Below are positions 28,272 to 36,316 of a DNA stretch of 64,000 bases, piece after piece. Origin of the DNA: a virus. The notes beneath the pieces were generated by a model. That model made no database searches. It was given only the letters and a program-made list of their open reading frames with translations, and was not told the origin of the DNA. The stretch lies in the IMG/VR virus record IMGVR_UViG_3300018059_000013. One strand, given 5' to 3'. Within the stretch, counting starts at the first letter, position 1. Every line of letters starts with the position of its first letter. A program made the translations under genes and the position numbers.

Positions 28272-28543
28272 TTTCCTTTTGAGGCTCTTCGAGGAATCGT
28301 GAAAGACTTGTTGGGACGTTGGATCTGCGGAGGAACGGGGTCCGAAGCAGGTTGAACGATGACGAGCTTTTCCTGCAGGAGAGCGAATTCGTACGCTCTT
28401 GCGCTGGTGGGAAAAACCTTCGAACTGTGAAAGACGCTCTTCCAAGGAAACCATACGACCCTTGTCGGGCAGATGATCTCATCCGGCTGCATGGGAGCCG
28501 TGTTACACTCAAAGAACTTTTCGAGAGACTTTTCGAAGTTCAT
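28268..28543 (-). CDS. hypothetical protein (91 aa)
   Basis: ORF only. Confidence 0.3.
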   Translation of the reverse strand: MNFEKSLEKFFECNTAPMQPDEIICPTRVVWFPWKSVFHSSKVFPTSARAYEFALLQEKLVIVQPASDPVPPQIQRPNKSFTIPRRASKGK

Positions 28544-28773
28544 CCATCCTCCGAACCGACGAAGAATTCGACGAGCACACCGTCAGAATTGATCGTGTTG
28601 GTGAGATTACGAATGAAGAGATCGATGAGATCTCGTCTGGCAACATACGTGCTCGCGTTTATTGTTCCGACGTTGTACAGGCAACGAAGCACGTCGTGCT
28701 CGTGGAGTCCGATCTCCTTGCGAGACTTCATGGACAAGCTGTTGAGTCTGCATCGTTTCACGTCAGTGTTCAT
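28540..28773 (-). CDS. hypothetical small protein (internal start)
   Basis: Weak. Confidence 0.25.
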   Translation of the reverse strand: MNTDVKRCRLNSLSMKSRKEIGLHEHDVLRCLYNVGTINASTYVARRDLIDLFIRNLTNTINSDGVLVEFFVGSEDG

Positions 28774-29000
28774 GCGATGAGCGTGCATTCTTCGTCCATC
28801 ATCCGGTACGGTGTCCACAAAAATCGAGTTCCGAAGAAAATCACAACGGATCGATCGAGCTCGGTGGTGAAAGTCGATGTCATCTCGTAGTGAACGATCC
28901 GTGTGGCCACGATCAGAAAGCATTCTCCAGGAATGTGATCGAACTGAACGACGTCTCCCATGGAGCAATCGTAGAGACGTTTTCTAGAGAATTTCTCCAT
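28770..29000 (-). CDS. small-family protein (76 aa, MGDVVQF motif)
   Basis: GD(V)V motif shared with the small-protein family. Confidence 0.35.
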   Translation of the reverse strand: MEKFSRKRLYDCSMGDVVQFDHIPGECFLIVATRIVHYEMTSTFTTELDRSVVIFFGTRFLWTPYRMMDEECTLIA

Positions 29001-29259
29001 TTGCGTTCACATGGTACTCACACGCCAGTTCGATTCGAGTTTGCCCAGGAATGTGAACAATGTGCCAATTGTCGCTGTAGGCCCACTCTCTGTAGAAGCC
29101 CTTCAACGCAATGGTTCTCGGAGGAGTGAAGAACCCTTCGACGACGAGGACGATAGTTGGACCATCTCGAACAATGACGTCAAAGGGATACGTGATTTCG
29201 CGTGTGACGAGACGGTCCACGAACTTCATGATTCTGAACATCAGATTACAGTCCACCAC
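28984..29259 (-). CDS. hypothetical protein (91 aa)
   Basis: ORF only. Confidence 0.4.
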   Translation of the reverse strand: MVDCNLMFRIMKFVDRLVTREITYPFDVIVRDGPTIVLVVEGFFTPPRTIALKGFYREWAYSDNWHIVHIPGQTRIELACEYHVNANGEIL

Positions 29260-29419
29260 AAGTCGACCTTATACTGCATCAGATTACCTCTCCATGGAAT
29301 GACCCTTCCAACCCCATCCATGACGTCGACACCTTCCGGAAAGACGGACAGAACGACCACGATCACATCGACGAATCGATTGTGTCTTAGCACACTTCCG
29401 GAAGGGAGTTCGAAAAAGT

Positions 29420-29872
29420 TCAGTTCAGATTCCAGTCATCGTTGGGATCCTTCGATTCTTCTTTTTTCTTCGGGAGATCGAAGGGAGAGGGAGAAGCTCC
29501 GAGCGCGGACAGATTGCCGTTCTTGCGATCTTCTGCGCGCATGTCGACAGTCTTCAGAACGAGAATTGCACCGGCCTGATCTTCCTTGGACCATCCAGAA
29601 CGGGTGGAGATCCACTTTTCGAAGTCGATCTTTTTGCTCTGATCCGCGAACTTCACGGCGGCAATCGTCAGAATGACCCTTGAGGGAACGCCCAACAGAC
29701 CGAGGATCATGTACAAAGCGCTGAGCGCTTGACCCTGGGTAGTATCGGCGATGGAGTTGCTCCATTCCTTCGAGGGAGACAGAGAACGCTCACCTGAGGG
29801 GAGTTCAACTTCTTCGACATTCTCGACTCCGGGATAGGGAGTGAATTTAAGGTCTTCAAGCGGATCTTTCAT
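29420..29872 (-). CDS. hypothetical protein (150 aa)
   Basis: Protein-like with a central hydrophobic segment. Confidence 0.5.
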   Translation of the reverse strand: MKDPLEDLKFTPYPGVENVEEVELPSGERSLSPSKEWSNSIADTTQGQALSALYMILGLLGVPSRVILTIAAVKFADQSKKIDFEKWISTRSGWSKEDQAGAILVLKTVDMRAEDRKNGNLSALGASPSPFDLPKKKEESKDPNDDWNLN

Positions 29873-29908
29873 GATGGTCTCGATTGTTAAGGAGTAGGAA
29901 AAAAGAAC

Positions 29909-30141
29909 TCAGAACCAAACGTCGTACTGCCTGCTGTATGTCAGGGTCTTCGGCTTGACCTCGTACATGAGATCTTCGATCCCATCGAGATTCTTACGAA
30001 CCCATTCGTCAGCGTCACCTTCCGTGAAGAACTTATACGCAACGTTGGGGGCGTGCGGGTGACACACCTCTCTCCAAAGGTCGTTGCGAAGAATCGAAAT
30101 TGTGAAGCAATCCTGGCTAAGCAGCAGCAGTTCTTGGCGCA
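29909..30141 (-). CDS. hypothetical small protein (77 aa)
   Basis: GC3-rich codons; first gene after promoter 30202..30234. Confidence 0.45.
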
Positions 30142-30201
30142 TGTTCGTGGGTAATTCGCCAGTAGCATGTGTTCGTAACAGGACCTAAGTGTCCCCATTT
30201 G

Positions 30202-30234
30202 CTTAATTCTATCACATGATGCACATGGGTTCAT
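30202..30234 (-). promoter_or_regulatory. conserved promoter motif, instance 7 (GATGAACC...TGATAGAAT)
   Basis: Reverse complement reads GATGAACCCATGTGCATCATGTGATAGAATTAAGC. Confidence 0.6.
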
Positions 30235-30242
30235 CTACGGGT

Positions 30243-30527
30243 TCAGACAAATTCACCAACGAACGTGTGCAAGAAAACCGAGCCCCTCTCCGAGGGATCC
30301 CATCCACTATCGAGTGCCTCGCACACCACGAGAACCACGATGGAAGGGACCATCTTGTTTCCAAGAGGGTACTTGAACTGCATACACCGTCCCGGGCGGT
30401 CGATGTCTTCTTGAACCGTGATCGAGAGAACCTTTTCTTCCTCGAGCTGGGCCTCTTTCACCATGTAGATGAACTTACGTCCACCCGAGAGCTCCAACTT
30501 TCGGCTACCTTTTCTCGGAATTCCCAT
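30243..30527 (-). CDS. hypothetical protein (94 aa)
   Basis: ORF only. Confidence 0.4.
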   Translation of the reverse strand: MGIPRKGSRKLELSGGRKFIYMVKEAQLEEEKVLSITVQEDIDRPGRCMQFKYPLGNKMVPSIVVLVVCEALDSGWDPSERGSVFLHTFVGEFV

Positions 30528-30840
30528 CTTTTTCTCCGTCTTCTAAGATCATTTTATTAGATGCGTTGTAGAGCACCCACCCGACGCCGTAGGGCGTGAG
30601 AACCTTCCCCCGATGATTGTAAGGGTTGATCATCACCTCGTCTTCAACGTAGTAACAGTTAGTGTAGTGATCCTCCAGCGCTAGAAGCACGGTCCCTGCA
30701 GGGATGCGGCGACGAACACTGTAATATCCTTGATCATCTTCGTGGTGCGCTTTCTCGGTACCGATTTTGAAGAGCATTCCTCGCTCGACGAAGATGTTTG
30801 GATCGCTATCAAAGTTTAGCCAGATTACGTGCTTCGTCAT
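30505..30840 (-). CDS. hypothetical protein (111 aa)
   Basis: ORF only. Confidence 0.4.
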   Translation of the reverse strand: MTKHVIWLNFDSDPNIFVERGMLFKIGTEKAHHEDDQGYYSVRRRIPAGTVLLALEDHYTNCYYVEDEVMINPYNHRGKVLTPYGVGWVLYNASNKMILEDGEKDGNSEKR

Positions 30841-31009
30841 GATATTCCTTCGCCCTGATGAAATCGTCGAGCACTGACATCATCCACATGGAATGTTCCT
30901 CGTCGGGACGGGTGACCATATGTTCTAACAGACACCGCGCGAACCAGAGCCATTGGCATGCGAAGGCACGACAATCCTTGATACGACGGCGTTTTTCTTT
31001 GGATGTCAT
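30809..31009 (-). CDS. hypothetical small protein (66 aa)
   Basis: ORF only. Confidence 0.3.
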   Translation of the reverse strand: MTSKEKRRRIKDCRAFACQWLWFARCLLEHMVTRPDEEHSMWMMSVLDDFIRAKEYHDEARNLAKL

Positions 31010-31278
31010 GCTACTGGTTCGAAACAGTCGAAGAGTCTGGAAACGCTGCTGAGGTAGATCGCACCGACTGATGTTTCTCGAAGAACGAAGAACAGGTCGG
31101 TGTACGACAGGATCGTGATGATCTCTCCCACTTTCAAATGTTTGTCGACGCTTGCAACGTTAGAACCTACGTACCCACCCCCACTTCTGACATAGAAGAC
31201 GAGATCTGGTGCGAGTACTTTGACGACGATGGGTAAGATGTTGCCCTTTGTGCTCATGAAGACATCTGGCCAGTTCAT
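31006..31278 (-). CDS. small-family protein (90 aa, KVGEIITIL motif)
   Basis: ORF only. Confidence 0.4.
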   Translation of the reverse strand: MNWPDVFMSTKGNILPIVVKVLAPDLVFYVRSGGGYVGSNVASVDKHLKVGEIITILSYTDLFFVLRETSVGAIYLSSVSRLFDCFEPVA

Positions 31279-31460
31279 CGTTGGCTCGCTCGTATTGCGT
31301 TGTAAGCTGAAACGATCCGCATGAACTCTTTAGGATTTCCCGTCCTTGGATTGTCAGGATGGTAGAACTTGACCAACCATTTGAATTGCACCGAGACCCA
31401 GTTCTCTTGGCCTGGGTTGAGATCCAACGAGTTGTACGCTTCTTTTAGATCAATCGAAAT
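31275..31460 (-). CDS. J-domain (DnaJ-like) mini-protein, ~60 aa, no in-frame ATG
   Basis: Reverse translation gives ISIDLKEAYNSLDLNPGQENWVSVQFKWLVKFYHPDNPRTGNPKEFMRIVSAYNAIRASQR, with the HPD motif after helix II. Stop overlaps the ATG of the downstream gene. Confidence 0.4.
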   Translation of the reverse strand: MSIDLKEAYNSLDLNPGQENWVSVQFKWLVKFYHPDNPRTGNPKEFMRIVSAYNAIRASQR

Positions 31461-31670
31461 CTAGACCTTCACCTTCGTCCAGCGCGGGAAATCAAAAAAA
31501 GTCGGATGCCAACTACTCCATCCTATCGAAATGAGCGGTGGTTTGCGGCTCGAACCGAAAGAGATCGTCCAGCTCTTATCTCCGAAGACAAGAAGAGTCA
31601 CAAAACAGAATCTGTTCGATTTCACTCAACACCCTTCATGTTCGTGACCGCTTGTTTGAACGACATGTTA

Positions 31671-31997
31671 TTAGATGACCCTGAACTCGTAGGAAAAGAG
31701 CAAAATGGAGAGGACTTCACTTTCGAACAACACTACCATGCGATTCGCCGAGGAGCCGTCTCTAACGTATTCGAAGTCCATCAGACAAACGATGATGGAA
31801 CCAACGGGAGCCGGACGAAGCTTTCCTTGGGCCCATCCTGCTACGGTGCAATTCTTCCGAGTGATCTCGAGCAGAGAACCCTTCGCTACGAACATGGGAA
31901 CGGAGTCATTCTGTTCAAGACATCCTTGGTCATACCACCAATGATCTGGCCGGTAGGATACAGAAAATATCCATCTCCCAAATGGAGAACGACCCAC
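31671..31997 (-). CDS. hypothetical protein (108 aa); ambiguous against the overlapping plus ORF 31506..32036
   Basis: Local GC3 bias is weak and neither frame is decisive. The minus strand is preferred only because every other gene is on it. Confidence 0.25.
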   Translation of the reverse strand: MGRSPFGRWIFSVSYRPDHWWYDQGCLEQNDSVPMFVAKGSLLEITRKNCTVAGWAQGKLRPAPVGSIIVCLMDFEYVRDGSSANRMVVLFESEVLSILLFSYEFRVI

Positions 31998-32043
31998 CCT
32001 TGGGCTTTAGCGATCCAATACGATCCAAGAAGTTGATACAGCA

Positions 32044-32202
32044 TTAGAGTGCTTGCATGTGGTTCAAAACGATCTCGAAGATCATTTTTCTAATCTCGCC
32101 AGTCGGGAGCAAGAACCAATCATCTCCGAGATGAATGACGATCTTTCCCCGTGCGAGAGGGCCGAGGAGAACCCAAGAGAGTCCCACGAGCTGATATGGC
32201 AT
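32044..32202 (-). CDS. Z-family small protein (~52 aa, MPYQLVG...FLLPTGEIRKMIFEIVL)
   Basis: Paralog of 32375..32593, 32594..32742 and 23613..23816. Confidence 0.4.
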   Translation of the reverse strand: MPYQLVGLSWVLLGPLARGKIVIHLGDDWFLLPTGEIRKMIFEIVLNHMQAL

Positions 32203-32444
32203 CACTTCTTCTTGGGAATGAGATAACCAATCGCTCTTCCGGCGACGAGGAAGACGAGCCCCCAAAAGGTAAACGTTACAAATACCGGCCACATGAGCGC
32301 CGCCGCGAAAATGATCGTGGGCGCTTTCAACATCTTCGCCTCACCCGTATAAGGTATGTACCGCGCTCCCAAGATCAGGAGAACGAGAACGATCCCAAAC
32401 GGGATGAAGTACCACGCGGGATGTTGCATGAAGATAACGAGCAT
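32202..32444 (-). CDS. small membrane protein (80 aa, 2-3 TM helices)
   Basis: Strongly hydrophobic; stop overlaps the downstream ATG (TGATG). Confidence 0.4.
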   Translation of the reverse strand: MLVIFMQHPAWYFIPFGIVLVLLILGARYIPYTGEAKMLKAPTIIFAAALMWPVFVTFTFWGLVFLVAGRAIGYLIPKKK

Positions 32445-32593
32445 CTGATTTCTTCCATTCCTTTTTCGATGATATCAGCACTCACTGGACCGACGTTTCC
32501 CTTCGGGAACAGAAAGTAGTTCTCCGACAGACGAAGAACGACATACCCCCGTTGATGTTCGAACCAGATAGTTCCTACGAGTTTATAGGGCAT
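32375..32593 (-). CDS. Z-family small protein (MPYKLVG...FLFPKGNVGPV)
   Basis: Paralog; ATG immediately follows the stop of 32594..32742. Confidence 0.4.
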   Translation of the reverse strand: MPYKLVGTIWFEHQRGYVVLRLSENYFLFPKGNVGPVSADIIEKGMEEIRCSLSSCNIPRGTSSRLGSFSFS

Positions 32594-32742
32594 CTAAATT
32601 CTGTCATGTAGAAGACTTGGATGTTTAGATTGACGTGAACTATGTCTCCATCTGGGAACAGGAAGAAATATTCGAACAGTCGGATGGCAACCTTACCCCG
32701 GACATCCGAGGACCACCAGCATCCAGATAGACGATACAACAT
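32594..32742 (-). CDS. Z-family small protein, 49 aa (below the track cutoff)
   Basis: MLYRLSGCWWSSDVRGKVAIRLFEYFFLFPDGDIVHVNLNIQVFYMTEF, read directly from the sequence. Confidence 0.35.
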
Positions 32743-32750
32743 TACGTTAG

Positions 32751-32822
32751 CGATCCCGGCGAGGTTCGAACTCGCGTAAACGGAGTGAAAATCCGCTATC
32801 CTAACCGCTAGATGACGGGACC
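32751..32822 (-). tRNA. tRNA-Glu (anticodon TTC)
   Basis: Cloverleaf: acceptor GGTCCCG/CGGGATC, T-arm GCGAG-TTCGAAC-CTCGC, anticodon arm GCGGA-TTTTCAC-TCCGT; CCA not encoded. Confidence 0.8.
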
Positions 32823-32833
32823 GTGAAGTTCAG

Positions 32834-32905
32834 CTGGTCGAGGCGGAATCGAACCACCGGCGCCCCTTTTCCGGGGCGTACTCGTGCCACTTGAGCTACC
32901 GACCA
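32834..32905 (-). tRNA. tRNA-like gene with a non-canonical anticodon arm (type undetermined)
   Basis: Good acceptor, D-arm (G18 G19) and T-arm (GGTGG-TTCGATT-CCGCC). The anticodon region ACGCCCCGGAAAAGGGGCGCC can only form a 6-nt (GGAAAA) or 8-nt (CGGAAAAG) loop, never 7. Confidence 0.5.
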
Positions 32906-33153
32906 ATCAGTTCTTCGAACATGGAAGAACAAGAGACGAACACTTCACCATGGGGCGAGAGAAAGATTGTATCCTCTCCCTGAGATGCGAGCGGAGGAGA
33001 TATTTTGTCCACTCGCACGAATAGCGTTCCCCGTTCGAACGTTGTGTTGGCGTCGTTCGATTCGTATCCAAAAGGAACGTTCGATCCTGTTGGACCATGG
33101 CAATCGGATTCAGGATAGATCCCGATCCAGGTAGCCGAACGAAAGATGCTCAT
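32896..33153 (-). CDS. hypothetical protein (85 aa); 3' end overlaps the tRNA-like gene by ~10 nt
   Basis: ORF only. Confidence 0.3.
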   Translation of the reverse strand: MSIFRSATWIGIYPESDCHGPTGSNVPFGYESNDANTTFERGTLFVRVDKISPPLASQGEDTIFLSPHGEVFVSCSSMFEELIGR

Positions 33154-33311
33154 CCGTAAACACCTTCAGCGAACATCCACGACAGCTTACAATCAGGACA
33201 CTCAACACGACACGGCTTCTTGCACAGCTTGCTGCCGCACTTGACGTACCTCATCTTGGGATGAGTGCAAAACGCGCCTTTGGGCGGCATCTGGAGTTTG
33301 GGAGGTTTCAT
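33150..33311 (-). CDS. small zinc-ribbon protein (~53 aa, internal start)
   Basis: CTHPKMRYVKCGSKLC...CRVECPDC. Confidence 0.3.
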   Translation of the reverse strand: MKPPKLQMPPKGAFCTHPKMRYVKCGSKLCKKPCRVECPDCKLSWMFAEGVYG

Positions 33312-33457
33312 TCTTTTTCGCGACAACCATTGCGGCGCACCACGAATCCGAACCATCCGATGTCGAATCGAATGCAGTGCTTGACGCAAGTTTCCTCTAC
33401 ATGGAAGACCCATTCACCGGGCCGGCGCCAGGAACCATCTCTCCAGAAGAATTTCAT

Positions 33458-33688
33458 TTACGCGATCAGCCTCCAGTAACTATCCATCACAGAGTCAACG
33501 TACACTATGGTTGTTCTTCCCTTGGTGCAGTCGAACAAACACACCATCGTATGGGTTCGAAACCCGTCGTTCGGGGTCTGTTGCTTGACATAGATCTCGT
33601 CGCTGAGGATGAGGAAGCAGCTCTTCGTGACGTGATTCGTGCCGCGTTCCCACGTTTGTCCCTTCTTGATCCGACCTGTCTTCTTCAT
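33458..33688 (-). CDS. small-family protein (76 aa, IKKGQTWERG motif; Tudor/SH3-like guess)
   Basis: KxGxxV N-terminal motif. Confidence 0.35.
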   Translation of the reverse strand: MKKTGRIKKGQTWERGTNHVTKSCFLILSDEIYVKQQTPNDGFRTHTMVCLFDCTKGRTTIVYVDSVMDSYWRLIA

Positions 33689-33770
33689 CAGCAGTCCGTT
33701 TCGTCGTTATCTGTCGGAAGAGGTTTTTTTTCGGGTTCGAGAGGTTGCACCGGAGAAGGGAGCTTCTTCT

Positions 33771-34124
33771 TCATCGGGCGATCGTCTGTTCTACGATGAC
33801 TACCGCTTCGGGCGGAACAACGACCTGCTCAACGATTTCTTCCCAGCATTTGGATTCGCCCATCCCAGCGTAATGGGATTTTTGGTCCTTGCCGTCCTTG
33901 TCCACGAAGGGAATGTCGAATCCTTCGACATTCATCTTGAAAAACTTCTCGTCCAGCGTGGGACCATCCGCCATGGTGTCATCGTCAAAGACGATGACGA
34001 ACTTGACCCGCCCGGGTCCTACCTCGACGAAGTGAATTTCCTTCGCCAAGTAATCGTGATCCTTCACGCGGTTGATCTGCCTGAACCTGCGAAGTACTTT
34101 GAGTACTGACATCAGAAACCTCAT
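33771..34124 (-). CDS. hypothetical protein (117 aa)
   Basis: Preferred over the overlapping plus ORF on strand consistency. Confidence 0.35.
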   Translation of the reverse strand: MRFLMSVLKVLRRFRQINRVKDHDYLAKEIHFVEVGPGRVKFVIVFDDDTMADGPTLDEKFFKMNVEGFDIPFVDKDGKDQKSHYAGMGESKCWEEIVEQVVVPPEAVVIVEQTIAR

Positions 34125-34142
34125 CGGGATCGTGCATTTCCA

Positions 34143-34433
34143 TCAGACCCTGTCGGGCATCATCTCGTTCCAAACGTTCCAGCGAGAATTGGCGAAGTAG
34201 AATTTTCCGTTGTATCCGAACTGGTCCAGAGCGGTCTGCCAGGTTTTGGAGACCATGTCTTGGTCCGTTCCCTGGCGTTCGGCTCGAACGACCTCCATTG
34301 CGATTGATTCATTCTCGAAATCCTCGACGCGCATGATGAGGAAGCCGATGAAACCATCCTCTCCCTTCACACGAAGAGCCCATTCCTGCCCTTTTCGGAT
34401 CGGGAGATAACCACGGCGGCAAGAAATGTGCAT
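34143..34433 (-). CDS. small-family protein (96 aa, IRKGQEW motif)
   Basis: ORF only. Confidence 0.4.
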   Translation of the reverse strand: MHISCRRGYLPIRKGQEWALRVKGEDGFIGFLIMRVEDFENESIAMEVVRAERQGTDQDMVSKTWQTALDQFGYNGKFYFANSRWNVWNEMMPDRV

Positions 34434-34449
34434 GTCTAACGCTCTTTTT

Positions 34450-34656
34450 TCATATGATGTCCCATCCCGCCTCTATCCACTCTTTTCGGAAGTTGCCGTG
34501 GGCACGATGAACTTTTCCCAAAGGAGTCATGTAAAACATGAGATCCAGTGCAACGTAAACTACAACGAAACAGTACCGTGTTGGATCGATGTAGTGCATT
34601 AGGATGTTTCCTTGAAGCAATCTACCACCAGGGTCTTCCGGCACTGTCGACGACAT
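34450..34656 (-). CDS. hypothetical small protein (68 aa)
   Basis: ORF only. Confidence 0.3.
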   Translation of the reverse strand: MSSTVPEDPGGRLLQGNILMHYIDPTRYCFVVVYVALDLMFYMTPLGKVHRAHGNFRKEWIEAGWDII

Positions 34657-34936
34657 AATTAACGGTCCTGTCAGGATTGAAATAGACGGTGTCTCCCGTG
34701 TGGTACACGATCTTGTAGTCGTACATGTCGTCGTTACGACGATGCAGGGCAGTGCAGTTCTTCATTCGATAGATCGTTTCGACATCTTCGAATTCGGTGA
34801 CAGGAGGAGTCGTAACGACGATCCTCTTCTGTTGGGTGCATTGCAGAACGTTGTGCGATTCCCAGAACCATGAGAAGTCCATGGTGGCCGGAACATCCTT
34901 CAGTCCACACTTGCACTTTCTGACAGCGAGGGTCAC
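34622..34936 (-). CDS. small-family protein (104 aa, HTGDTVYF motif)
   Basis: ORF only. Confidence 0.4.
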   Translation of the reverse strand: MTLAVRKCKCGLKDVPATMDFSWFWESHNVLQCTQQKRIVVTTPPVTEFEDVETIYRMKNCTALHRRNDDMYDYKIVYHTGDTVYFNPDRTVNYVVDSAGRPWW

Positions 34937-35205
34937 GTCTTCGCCTTCAACTTTTCGAGGCAGACTGCACAGGAGATCTTCGTCTTTTCCTTCGTGTACT
35001 TGTAGCTATCTTCCGATATGAAGACGTCTGGATCTCCGGACGACACCATGTACGGCAGTGTCCACGCCATGCTGCAAAGGAGCTGAACGTCGCAGTCGGA
35101 GATGAAACTAGCTGAGTGAACGTTTGTCAATGACATGTCGTCTACTCTCCATGATCCGTCCGGCCAGCATTCCTCACAACGACTATCCCTGTCGCACTTG
35201 ATCAC
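34933..35205 (-). CDS. Cys-rich small protein (90 aa)
   Basis: CEEC...CAVCLEKL motifs. Confidence 0.4.
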   Translation of the reverse strand: MIKCDRDSRCEECWPDGSWRVDDMSLTNVHSASFISDCDVQLLCSMAWTLPYMVSSGDPDVFISEDSYKYTKEKTKISCAVCLEKLKAKT

Positions 35206-35214
35206 TTTAAGCCC

Positions 35215-35676
35215 TCAACTCATTCTACGACGAGTGTATCTTTCACTGACGTATCCACGTCCCATGTTCTTGCCGCAAAACGTATCCGTTTGCGACTGGC
35301 AATTGGGACAGATCAGACGAAGGTTCGTCTTGAGATTATTTTCGCAATTTCCATCGATATGATCGAGTTCGATGGGAGCGGGTTTGCCCAACCATTCCGT
35401 CAACCCGCAAATTTGGCACTGATTGCCGAACTCTTTGAGAAGACGCGATTTTCGACTGCCATCCGTCTTCAGACTATCGAAAGGAATACGACAAGATTTT
35501 GAATGCCCACCGAATTTGTTCCCATCAGAGAACGATTCGTTGCAGAGCAAACACACATGAGTCGTAGGCGGACCCGGAACGGGAGCAGCTGTTCCATCTC
35601 TAGTGTGGCTTCCTCGGTGACCCCCGAGCTGCTGTCCTGAACTGAACTTCTTCTTGCAAACATCGCACGAAAACAT
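35215..35676 (-). CDS. HNH endonuclease with N-terminal C2H2-type zinc fingers, copy 1 (153 aa)
   Basis: CDVCKKKFSSGQQLGGHRGSH (C2H2); CQICG...ELDHIDGN...NLRLICPNCQ (HNH). Directly downstream of tRNA-Gln. Confidence 0.75.
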   Translation of the reverse strand: MFSCDVCKKKFSSGQQLGGHRGSHTRDGTAAPVPGPPTTHVCLLCNESFSDGNKFGGHSKSCRIPFDSLKTDGSRKSRLLKEFGNQCQICGLTEWLGKPAPIELDHIDGNCENNLKTNLRLICPNCQSQTDTFCGKNMGRGYVSERYTRRRMS

Positions 35677-35710
35677 CTATATCGAATGTAGAATAGAAGT
35701 TTTTCTTTTG

Positions 35711-35782
35711 TAGGGGATGAAGGATTCGAACCTCCATACGGCGGGTCAAAGCCGCCTATTCTAGCCGTTGAATTAATCCCCT
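35711..35782 (-). tRNA. tRNA-Gln (anticodon TTG)
   Basis: Acceptor AGGGGAT/ATCCCCT, D-stem ATTC/GAAT, anticodon arm GGCGG-CTTTGAC-CCGCC, T-arm GGAGG-TTCGAAT-CCTTC. Confidence 0.8.
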
Positions 35783-35789
35783 GGTCGAT

Positions 35790-36293
35790 TCAGGTGAGCT
35801 GGCGTGCGAACCAGTTCAGAGCTTCGTCGATAGTCGAGAAGATGTTCGCCTTCGGGAATCGGGCGCGCAAAACCTTTTCGGTCTGCTTGTACGACTTGAG
35901 AGCGTGGCCCTCGATACCTACGGGGTCGAACACGACCACAGTGTCGAGCTGACGATCGTACAGGGCCATGGTCGCTTCCACCATGGAGTACGCGCTCAGA
36001 GGATTACCATCCTGTTGGGGAGATCCGATGTAGAAGACGAGGTGCGTGGCTGCCTTCTTCGCCGCTTCTTCCTTCTTCGCATCGTCCTCGGTCCAGTCTT
36101 CGACGACGGGATTGAAGATGTCTTCCATGTTGTACCCACGGCGAAGAAGAGCGGGGATGAAGTCCGCGCGCCACTTGTTGTTCGCCACCGTACCGCCGAG
36201 AAAGATCAGACGTTTTCGTGCGTTCATTCGAGGAACCTCTTTCGAGAGAATGTACATGAGAGCGATGACGCCCACGATGATGGATTTTTTCAT
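35790..36293 (-). CDS. membrane-anchored protein with a nucleoside 2-deoxyribosyltransferase-like / flavodoxin-like fold (~167 aa)
   Basis: Internal start MKKSIIVGVIALMYIL (TM), then RLIFLGG...VFYIGSP...VVVFDP. The listed N-terminal extension is a low-complexity artefact. Confidence 0.35.
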   Translation of the reverse strand: MKKSIIVGVIALMYILSKEVPRMNARKRLIFLGGTVANNKWRADFIPALLRRGYNMEDIFNPVVEDWTEDDAKKEEAAKKAATHLVFYIGSPQQDGNPLSAYSMVEATMALYDRQLDTVVVFDPVGIEGHALKSYKQTEKVLRARFPKANIFSTIDEALNWFARQLT

Positions 36294-36316
36294 TTCTTTT
36301 AAATTGGTCAAAGCAG

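Noticed and set aside
27901-30234. Apparent N-terminal peptide homology MNP(H/C)xSCDxIK between the listed ORFs 27448..27936 and 29941..30234
   Set aside because: The similarity comes from translating the conserved promoter DNA (GATGAACC...TCATGTGATA) in one frame. The real genes start downstream, at 27864 and 30141. ORF 29941..30234 is discarded as a frame-shifted shadow of 29909..30141.
31506-32036. 176-aa plus-strand ORF
   Set aside because: It is the only plus ORF not obviously antisense to a strong gene. It lacks GC3 bias, has no promoter or Shine-Dalgarno, and sits in an otherwise exclusively minus-strand array. It is kept only as an alternative to the equally weak minus ORF 31671..31997.
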